IMG/VR virus record: IMGVR_UViG_3300032083_001527
Location: 1 to 54,265 of that record
DNA: 54,265 nt
Strand: one strand, 5' to 3'
DNA from: a virus
Lineage: Duplodnaviria > Caudoviricetes
Below the pieces are notes generated by a model, which saw nothing but the letters and a program-made list of their open reading frames with translations, made no database searches and was not told the DNA's origin. The position numbers and the translations under genes are program-made. Within the stretch, counting starts at the first letter, position 1. Every line of letters starts with the position of its first letter. Shown one piece after another: positions 47,863 through 54,265 of the stretch.

Positions 47863-48291
47863 TTATTTTTTATTATTTTGTTGTTCTTGATTCTTTTTTG
47901 ACGATCCGCCGAAAAAGAAGTCGACTACCGTATTAACCTTTGCGCTCATTGCGCCAAATATTGTAGAGATAAAACTTATCTCAAATTCTCCTAGCTCTAG
48001 ATCACCTGTTACAAAGTATCTAAACATCATGAAGCTTAATCCAAAGTACGCAATTGTAAATAACGTTGCAAGTATTTTTTGAATAAGAGCGTCGTCTTTG
48101 TACATATCTCTAGCGCTCTTTCTGTCTTCGACTTCTTGTTTGAAGGCTTCTTGCTCTGCTTCAAGTAGTAGTCGTTTAAGCGCAAGTTTCGCTTCATCTC
48201 TTTCTTTGTCCGTTGTAATAACTTTATCAAGTATTCCTTCTGCATTTTTTACTACCGTGCTGAATAAGCCACCTACTAAATTCTTTATCAT
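47863..48291 (-). CDS. Putative holin (3TM-holin-like)
   Basis: ILDKVITTDKER..EVEDRKSAR, two hydrophobic helices, VDFFFGGS. Confidence 0.7.
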   Translation of the reverse strand: MIKNLVGGLFSTVVKNAEGILDKVITTDKERDEAKLALKRLLLEAEQEAFKQEVEDRKSARDMYKDDALIQKILATLFTIAYFGLSFMMFRYFVTGDLELGEFEISFISTIFGAMSAKVNTVVDFFFGGSSKKNQEQQNNKK

Positions 48292-48728
48292 CGTTCATTA
48301 TCTTTTATCATATCATCGATAGACTTATTCATGACCTTATCGGTATATGATTTGTTATTAAAAAAAATACTCTTTTCAGAAGTTGGTATATCTTCTTCAC
48401 CTAAGAGTATCCTATATATTCTACTTATTAAGTGCGAACACTTAAAGGAGGTTTTGAATACAGAGTATTTGATGGTTGTTCTATTTCTATGTCTCCACGT
48501 TTCGATCCAACCATTCCTCCTTAATTTCTCCCAACGGTTTTTATCCCAACTCATGGTATATGTTCCGTCGATAAATTCATTTCTTGTAAAACGCCCCTTG
48601 CAATCTAAATATATTAAGAGTTCAAGGTCTGCATCTGTTAACCCGTAAGTTTTACAGGCCCATTTTCTAACGAGCCTGTAATACTTAAGGATTTGTAAAT
48701 CACGTAAATCGTGACTTGTTAATCTCAT
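48288..48728 (-). CDS. Putative winged-helix DNA-binding protein
   Basis: YGLTDADLELLIYL..WEKLRRNGWIE (MarR-like pattern). Confidence 0.5.
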   Translation of the reverse strand: MRLTSHDLRDLQILKYYRLVRKWACKTYGLTDADLELLIYLDCKGRFTRNEFIDGTYTMSWDKNRWEKLRRNGWIETWRHRNRTTIKYSVFKTSFKCSHLISRIYRILLGEEDIPTSEKSIFFNNKSYTDKVMNKSIDDMIKDNER

Positions 48729-48735
48729 GCTAATA

Positions 48736-49152
48736 TTAGTCAGCAGTTTCAGAGTGCTCTACAACGTGTATACCAGATACACCAGCAAGACCTGTTCCCG
48801 CGTTTCCATCAAAAACATCGATCATACCAGTGATATGGGGTTGTCCATACATTTTGTTAACTAAATCGGTAAGAACCGCTTTTTGTGTGTTAACAGTAGT
48901 AAGGTCTAAAACAACGATGTCATTGTAGTCAGCAGAAGCGTCATCAGCATCTCCAGCTCCTCCTGGTTGTTTTGCTTTTGGCTTGAAGAACAAAGATAAC
49001 CTATCGTCATCATCTGCAATTGCACCACCTAAAGCAGCATCACCAGAACAAGCTCCCATAAAAGAAGAAGCAGGATATATGTTTGATCCAGTAACTTCAT
49101 CATGGTCATCTGTCAATGTAGCACTTTGTCTAAAATACAAATATCTTTCCAT
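48736..49152 (-). CDS. Acidic hypothetical (possibly structural) protein
   Basis: MERYLYFR start, Asp/Ala/Gly-rich. Confidence 0.5.
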   Translation of the reverse strand: MERYLYFRQSATLTDDHDEVTGSNIYPASSFMGACSGDAALGGAIADDDDRLSLFFKPKAKQPGGAGDADDASADYNDIVVLDLTTVNTQKAVLTDLVNKMYGQPHITGMIDVFDGNAGTGLAGVSGIHVVEHSETAD

Positions 49153-49230
49153 TTTAATTTTTTTTTAATGATTAATAATTAATTTATGATTTTCTGTTTC
49201 TTGTTTATGGTTTATAGTTTATGTATAATC

Positions 49231-49250
49231 TACTTTAATAGATATTACAC
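49231..49250 (-). promoter_or_regulatory. Putative late promoter GTGTAATATCTATTAAAGTA
   Basis: Intergenic TGTAA motif variant. Confidence 0.4.
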
Positions 49251-49268
49251 GCTTTTTGTAAATAGTAA

Positions 49269-49526
49269 TTATTCTACTATAACTATATCTCTAGCGCGTA
49301 TAACTTTATACATAGTATTATTGTAAGCAATATCATGTCCAGCTATCGCATCATAATATATAATATCACCCTTGTTAACAACAGGAACATCGTTGCCTGT
49401 AGAAATAACGTTAGCTTTTTTGTATCTATTCGTTTCATCTGTTTCATCTGTTAAGATTAAACCACCAACTTTCTTTGGACCTTCTTTTATTATGTCAATT
49501 ATTACGTAATCGTTAACTGCTTGCAT
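49269..49526 (-). CDS. groES: Co-chaperonin GroES
   Basis: AVNDYVII..GGLILT..VISTG..VNKGDIIYY..IRARDIV; adjacent to groEL. Confidence 0.85.
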   Translation of the reverse strand: MQAVNDYVIIDIIKEGPKKVGGLILTDETDETNRYKKANVISTGNDVPVVNKGDIIYYDAIAGHDIAYNNTMYKVIRARDIVIVE

Positions 49527-51078
49527 TTTCTATTCTTATATTTGATATTACACAATCCGCTGACATAATAGTTAAAGCTACACTTACAGCGTTTTTAAGT
49601 GCAGACTTAGTTACAAGTACAGGATCGATAATACCTTCATCTATCATTTTAACAAAGTTACCTGTTATTACATTACAACCATAACCTTCCTTCATGTTAA
49701 CATTAAGCTTCATACCAGAGTTATCCATAATAGTTTCAAATGGTGAAGATAAAGCATTTAACAATACCTTACCAGCATCGCTGGTTGAAATTTTTTGAGA
49801 AGCATTTAATAGTGCTATACCACCACCTGGTACTATACCTTCTTGTAGTGCAGCCTTAGTAGCATATATAGCATCTTCAACACGATCTTTCTTTTCTTTT
49901 AATTCAACCTTTGAATTAGCTCCTACCATAATTATACCTACACTACCAGATAATGTAGCTAATCTATCTTCTAGTTTCTTTTTAATAAAACCATCTTTTT
50001 CTTTAGCTAACTTAGCATTTAACTCATCTATTCTATTTTCAATATCATCGGTCATGCCATCTAGTGTTAGAACTGTATGTTTACTATCTGTTACTGAGAA
50101 CTCAGCTTCACCTAAGTGTTCTGGCTTCATAAGATCCAAATCATCACCTAGCTCTTCGTTAATTACTGTAGCACCTGTTAATATAGCTAGATCTTCTGTA
50201 GCATCCTTTTTAGTAGGACCAAAGCCTGGTAAATCAATAATGTTTACTTTAATATTACCTTTTACTTTGTTCATCATTAAAGCGGCCTTAACTGATTGAG
50301 CTACTGGCGCTATAATAAGTAAAGCTCTATTGTTCTTTATAACGTATTCTAATATTCCTTGTATTTTTCTTACATTAGGTATTTCAGATGAACATATTAA
50401 TACAAGTGGAGTATCTAATTCACATGTTTGTTTATCTGTGTTTGTAACAAAGTGTGTAGATGTAAGGCCACAATCTACTTGTACTCCATCTACTATCTCA
50501 ACATATGTATCATCTGTTTCACTTGTTTCCATTAGTACTACACCGTTTTTACCAACCTTATCATAAGCTTCAGCTATAATAGCTCCTAGTTCTTTATCAT
50601 TGTTACATGATATAGCACTAACAGATTTAAGCATATCACCTTCTACATCTATAGATATGTTATTAAGATATTCAATAACATCATCTAGTGTTTGGTTTAC
50701 TCCATCTTTTATTTCTCTGATTGTAAGACCATCTGCGACTGCAGTGTCTATTTGTTGAATTAGCGCTTCAGCTAAGACTGTAGCGGTTGTTGTACCATCA
50801 CCAGCATCTTTAACTGTATTTCTAGCGGCTTCTTTTATTAGGGTTGCACCCATATTTTCTACCGGATCTAACAAGACTACGCTCTCTGCAACGGTTACTC
50901 CATCTTTTGTTATGACCGGTTTGCCACGACCGTCTTCGTAGATAACGCATTTACCTGACGCTCCTAATGTAGATTTAACGGCTTGGGCTAATTTATTTAC
51001 GCCGGTGATTACCTTAGCTTTAGCATCATCACCAAAGCTAAGATCTTTCACCAACTCACTTGGTAAGTTGTATTCCAT
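49513..51078 (-). CDS. groEL: Chaperonin GroEL
   Basis: ITKDGVTVA, AGDGTTTATVLA, PGFG, KDRVEDA, GIVPGGG, GIIDP..VTKSAL.NAVSVA. Confidence 0.95.
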   Translation of the reverse strand: MEYNLPSELVKDLSFGDDAKAKVITGVNKLAQAVKSTLGASGKCVIYEDGRGKPVITKDGVTVAESVVLLDPVENMGATLIKEAARNTVKDAGDGTTTATVLAEALIQQIDTAVADGLTIREIKDGVNQTLDDVIEYLNNISIDVEGDMLKSVSAISCNNDKELGAIIAEAYDKVGKNGVVLMETSETDDTYVEIVDGVQVDCGLTSTHFVTNTDKQTCELDTPLVLICSSEIPNVRKIQGILEYVIKNNRALLIIAPVAQSVKAALMMNKVKGNIKVNIIDLPGFGPTKKDATEDLAILTGATVINEELGDDLDLMKPEHLGEAEFSVTDSKHTVLTLDGMTDDIENRIDELNAKLAKEKDGFIKKKLEDRLATLSGSVGIIMVGANSKVELKEKKDRVEDAIYATKAALQEGIVPGGGIALLNASQKISTSDAGKVLLNALSSPFETIMDNSGMKLNVNMKEGYGCNVITGNFVKMIDEGIIDPVLVTKSALKNAVSVALTIMSADCVISNIRIENASS

Positions 51079-51131
51079 AATGTATTTTATTTTATTTAAT
51101 TAAATTGATTGTAGATTTAAAGTTCTACTTC

Positions 51132-52226
51132 TTATTTATTTGCTTTTCTTTTTGCTCTTCTAATTTTTCTTTCAGCTAACTTTGTTTTTATAGCAGATCC
51201 AATTCCAGTGCCACCTCTTTTTCTTGTTTTAATTTTAGCTGGTTCGTTTTTTCTATCTTTAATCTTTAACTTAGTTACTGTATCGTTAGTTTTAGTAGTT
51301 ACTTTCTTTTTCTTTCTATTACCTTCAACATCGAACTTTTGTTTAGTTTTTTTAGAAACATCTCCTGATTCAGTTCTTTCTACAACTTTAGTTTTTCTAA
51401 TATTATCTTTAGTTCCTTTAACAACTTTAGTTTGTTTAGAACCTAGACCTGGAGTTGCAACTTTAGTTTTAGTAGTTCTCTTTGTATCTTTACTTACTTT
51501 TGGTCCAGCAGTTTTTGTAGTCGTTGTTTGACCATGTCTTTTACTAACGCCATAAGCTTTGTTTATTTTATTTTGTAAAGCATTGTATTCAGGAGAACCT
51601 TTTTTATGCTTCTTTCTTTCAGCAACATACTTAGATAAATTAGGATCTCTCTTTTTAGCTTCAGCAAATTTATCAACTTTAGGTTTAGGTTTAGGTGTAG
51701 GTGTAGTTTTAACAACTTTACCAGTATTTGGACCTGAGGTAACAACAGATACATTTTTGTTAACTTTTATATTTTTATTATCTTGCTTTTTATTTTGAAC
51801 AGCTGGTTTATCTTTTTTACTAGATGCTGTTGCGCCTGCCGCTAAGGCAGTAACTCCTATGCTAGGACCATATTTTTTTATTAACTCAGTGGCCTTTTGT
51901 TTTCCCTTATCTAATAGTGATGTGACCGGCTTGATAATTTTTTGTTGTACCTTTTTATTTTTAGCTAATTCTTTAGCTCCTTTTTTAACAGCTTTCTTTG
52001 CAACAGGTAATAAGGGTACTGCCTTCATTGGAGATTTTTCAGCCATATCCATAGCGGAGCCCTTCTTCATCTTCATAGGATTTTTAGCCATGTCCATTGC
52101 AGAGTTTTTGGCCATTTTCATAGCTGCTTCTCTTTGCATTTTCATTGCAGCTTCTGCTTTCATTTTCTGTGGAGACTTATATTGTGTTCCTTTACCGAAC
52201 TCCATCCCCTTCATTTTAAATGCCAT
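51132..52226 (-). CDS. Very Lys-rich protein with MAFKMKG leader and Met/Lys repeats (putative internal head protein)
   Basis: AAMKM/SAMDM/NPMKM repeats, SPMK, Lys/Thr-rich C-terminal half. Confidence 0.65.
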   Translation of the reverse strand: MAFKMKGMEFGKGTQYKSPQKMKAEAAMKMQREAAMKMAKNSAMDMAKNPMKMKKGSAMDMAEKSPMKAVPLLPVAKKAVKKGAKELAKNKKVQQKIIKPVTSLLDKGKQKATELIKKYGPSIGVTALAAGATASSKKDKPAVQNKKQDNKNIKVNKNVSVVTSGPNTGKVVKTTPTPKPKPKVDKFAEAKKRDPNLSKYVAERKKHKKGSPEYNALQNKINKAYGVSKRHGQTTTTKTAGPKVSKDTKRTTKTKVATPGLGSKQTKVVKGTKDNIRKTKVVERTESGDVSKKTKQKFDVEGNRKKKKVTTKTNDTVTKLKIKDRKNEPAKIKTRKRGGTGIGSAIKTKLAERKIRRAKRKANK

Positions 52227-52250
52227 ATTGTTTTTTTTTAATCGATTAAT

Positions 52251-52607
52251 TTATTCTTTTTCAGCTTGCATAGCCTCTTGTTCCCATGGGTGGGCTGGAT
52301 GTCCTTCAGGTAATCTACCCATTGGACCATCAATCATCCCGTTTTTTCTAATGTAAATTTTATCCTCCCACATAACCCAGTTGTCTCCATATGCCGCTCT
52401 GCCCTCATCCATCTGTTCCATGTGTTTTTGTTCGTGCTTAATGACGCGTTTCATTAACTTACTTCCAGGTTTTACACTAGGACTGACAGCAATAGTGCCA
52501 TCGTTTCTAGCTTCCGCTATTGTTCCTTTATCTAATGGCGTTCTAACCAGGTTAACATTACCCGAATGTTTGAAATTTCTTTTTTCTTTGCCTAGTTTAA
52601 ACGCCAT
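52251..52607 (-). CDS. Small zincin-like metallopeptidase with MAFKL leader
   Basis: VIKHEQKHMEQ (HExxH) and PWEQEA third-ligand motif. Confidence 0.7.
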   Translation of the reverse strand: MAFKLGKEKRNFKHSGNVNLVRTPLDKGTIAEARNDGTIAVSPSVKPGSKLMKRVIKHEQKHMEQMDEGRAAYGDNWVMWEDKIYIRKNGMIDGPMGRLPEGHPAHPWEQEAMQAEKE

Positions 52608-52614
52608 ATAGTTT

Positions 52615-52908
52615 TTATTTAAAAGTTTTAACGACCTTTGGGCCTTTAATGTACTCTAATTTCTTCTCAAAGTGCTCAACACTGCCGTTTATTGCAGCTT
52701 CTGCACCTTCCATTGTCTCTCTTCTTGTAATATCTACCCAAGTTTCTTCATTATCGGGCTTATTTACCTCTGTTTGGTAGTACCCGTTGGGTAATTGTGT
52801 AATTCTCCAGTTCTTTTTGTTAGCTAAGTGCTTCCACTCTGCTAATTGTTTCTCTGAAATTTTAGGTTCTGTAGTATATGTACTACTTTTATAGTATATG
52901 TATGTCAT
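52615..52908 (-). CDS. Hypothetical protein
   Basis: WRITQLPNGYYQTE..W.D.TRRET.EGAE.AI. Confidence 0.6.
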   Translation of the reverse strand: MTYIYYKSSTYTTEPKISEKQLAEWKHLANKKNWRITQLPNGYYQTEVNKPDNEETWVDITRRETMEGAEAAINGSVEHFEKKLEYIKGPKVVKTFK

Positions 52909-52948
52909 GTTTTTGGTTTTAATTGATTAGGTATAAGGATTTTCCTTA

Positions 52949-53341
52949 TTATGCTTTAGTAAAAAATGCGTACTCTACTTGTACTGTACCTGAAGTTGTT
53001 TGTAATTGAACTCCTTTACTTCCACCGGCTTTGCTGTAAGGTAAAAACATAAATTCACCTGCTGATAATCTAGCAAAAGCAACGTTATCAGTATCTTCTA
53101 CGTCTACAGCGTTAGTTGTTGCTGTAGATCCATCTGTTGTTCCAGTATGTTTTATATACATGTATGCTGTTGCTGTACCCGCTGGTTTTATTACAGTGTC
53201 ACCCCCTGTTGTTCCTGCATTTACTTTAGATATACCTTTGCTTGGATTACCAGTTGTTAAAGTATCTGTTACTGAAAATGACAATGCATCTGATGATACA
53301 TCTGTACTTGATAATGATAATGTTGGTTTTAATGTTGCCAT
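52949..53341 (-). CDS. Beta-rich putative virion protein (paralog B)
   Basis: Shares TLSLSSTDVSSDALSFSVTDT, YIKH.G, EF.F.P and TVQVEYA.FT with its neighbour. Confidence 0.6.
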   Translation of the reverse strand: MATLKPTLSLSSTDVSSDALSFSVTDTLTTGNPSKGISKVNAGTTGGDTVIKPAGTATAYMYIKHTGTTDGSTATTNAVDVEDTDNVAFARLSAGEFMFLPYSKAGGSKGVQLQTTSGTVQVEYAFFTKA

Positions 53342-53354
53342 AGTTATTTATAAT

Positions 53355-53747
53355 TTATGATCTAGTAAAGTAAGCGTATTCAACTTGTACTGTATTAGCT
53401 GTAGCTTCTAGTTGTATTAAACCGGCTCCACCAGCGTGATGTGGAAAAAATGCAAACTCATCTTTAGATATACGCATTATTTCTGTACCATCAGCTGTTT
53501 CTACTTTAACTTGATCAGCACCAGATGATCCACCAGCTGAGTTTAATCCAAGGTGTTTTATATAAACATATCTTGTAGCATCTACACTTGGAAGTATAAT
53601 ACTTGCGCCACCAGTAGTGGTTGCTGTTATTCTAGCTACATTTTCTATTGGTGCATTTACAGTGGCAGTATCAGTAACTGAAAAAGATAAAGCATCAGAA
53701 GAAACATCTGTGCTAGATAAAGATAGTGTTGATTTAAGTGACGCCAT
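53355..53747 (-). CDS. Beta-rich putative virion protein (paralog A)
   Basis: Tandem paralog of 52949-53341; both are 130 aa. Confidence 0.6.
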   Translation of the reverse strand: MASLKSTLSLSSTDVSSDALSFSVTDTATVNAPIENVARITATTTGGASIILPSVDATRYVYIKHLGLNSAGGSSGADQVKVETADGTEIMRISKDEFAFFPHHAGGAGLIQLEATANTVQVEYAYFTRS

Positions 53748-53790
53748 ATTGAATTTATTTATTTTATTACAGCACCTTGCTGTTATTCCA

Positions 53791-53808
53791 TATTCTAGAT
53801 AATTACAT
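53791..53808 (-). promoter_or_regulatory. Putative promoter at head of late arm (ATGTAATTATCTAGAATA)
   Basis: TGTAA motif upstream of the first - strand gene. Confidence 0.45.
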
Positions 53809-53849
53809 AGTACTTTATATATTTACTTTTATTTGGTATTATAAATATA

Positions 53850-53922
53850 GGGGTATAGTGCTGCCCCTACCCCCCTATACCCCCACCCCCCATATAGAAC
53901 CCCATTATTTTCCCCACCCCCC
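53850..53922. other. C-tract cluster (potential G-quadruplex on - strand) with inverted repeat
   Basis: Seven runs of 4-6 C; GGGGTATAG (53850-53858) and CTATACCCC (53875-53883). Confidence 0.65.
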
Positions 53923-54007
53923 TTCAATCCATACCTTTTCAATATTTTATTTTCAACCTTTACCCATAATATCCATATATATTCGTAACTACATTGTAAT
54001 TCACTTA

Positions 54008-54159
54008 ACAAAGTAAATACGAAACTAATTAGATAATATATATGTAACTAAAAAATACTAAATATGAATATATTAATATCAATACTAACATTCTCAATAA
54101 TAATATACATTTTAATATTTGAGTTTACAAAGTAAATACGAAAGTAAATAGATAATATA
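54008..54159 (+). repeat. 33-bp direct repeat pair (54008-54040, 54127-54159), probable early promoter elements
   Basis: ACAAAGTAAATACGAAA[C/G]TAA[T/A]TAGATAATATA, 31/33 identical, each upstream of a + strand ATG. Confidence 0.75.
54064..54135 (+). CDS. Possible 23-aa hydrophobic micro-protein
   Basis: MNILISILTFSIIIYILIFEFTK after repeat copy 1, with A-rich leader. Confidence 0.35.
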   Translation: MNILISILTFSIIIYILIFEFTK

Positions 54160-54192
54160 AATATAATAAATAACTAATTAAAATATAATAAT

Positions 54193-54265
54193 ATGACTTT
54201 AAAAAGATTTGTAATAAGAAAATCCTTAATCGGTAAAAACGAAGTAATAACTTTCACAAATAAAA
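54193..54265 (+). CDS. Early-region protein, 3'-truncated
   Basis: MTLKRFVIRKSLIGKNEVITFTNK.. open to the window end, after repeat copy 2. Confidence 0.55.
   Translation, partial: MTLKRFVIRKSLIGKNEVITFTNK

Noticed and set aside
53766-53786. Short ACAGCA/TGCTGT hairpin and ATG-GAA-TAA mini-ORF upstream of 53747
   Set aside because: The stem is short, there is no clear U tract in the coding direction, and it could occur by chance.
12344-53802. Numerous + strand ORFs antisense to late genes (e.g. 13435, 16355, 51208, 51859)
   Set aside because: Shadow frames of Lys-rich - strand genes (Phe/Leu-rich translations), with no independent initiation context.
53777-54016. ORFs across the C-tract region on both strands
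   Set aside because: Low-complexity Pro- or Gly-rich translations of the homopolymer runs with non-ATG starts; the region looks regulatory.
54008-54159. CRISPR mini-array
   Set aside because: Only two copies, an 86-bp spacing that contains most of a small ORF, no palindrome and no cas genes.
1-54265. Stop-codon reassignment, tRNA genes, DGR/reverse transcriptase, integrase, introns or inteins
   Set aside because: Genes are long and tightly packed in the standard code; I saw no cloverleaf, RT, recombinase or splicing motifs by eye, though weak cases cannot be excluded.

Overview
This window is about 54 kb of an AT-rich tailed dsDNA phage genome, most likely a podovirus-like phage of Bacteroidota/Flavobacteriia. 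Host inference rests on starts that lack Shine-Dalgarno sequences and have A-rich contexts, a T9SS-type C-terminal signal and an Hc1-like gene. The + strand arm (1-8249) holds a truncated sigma factor and replication and nucleotide genes: ERF, RecE-like nuclease, SSB, primase-helicase, two MazG-like proteins, T7 endonuclease I-like resolvase and class II RNR. It meets the - strand late arm (8284-53747) at a bidirectional terminator. The late arm encodes GroEL/GroES, holin, terminase, portal, scaffold, MCP, tail proteins, putative ejection proteins, a 2633-aa polyvalent protein and a cluster of small basic proteins. A C-tract region and repeated + strand elements lie at the right end. The most striking signal is a putative virion cargo addressing and processing system. 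At least 9 otherwise unrelated Lys-rich proteins share an N-terminal leader (MAFKMKG.. or M[AP]YIQxxNP), whose codons vary synonymously. [S/N/G]-P-hydrophobic-K motifs separate modules in these proteins and often directly precede antimicrobial-peptide-like segments. A K[FY]KR motif occurs five times in the giant protein, several times at apparent domain borders, and a leader-tagged HExxH protein is a candidate protease. A second notable unit is a host-envelope cassette: an OM beta-barrel, a T9SS-like cargo with an LDLa-like motif and a thioredoxin lacking CxxC. All functional calls come from motif recognition by eye; no database searches were run.
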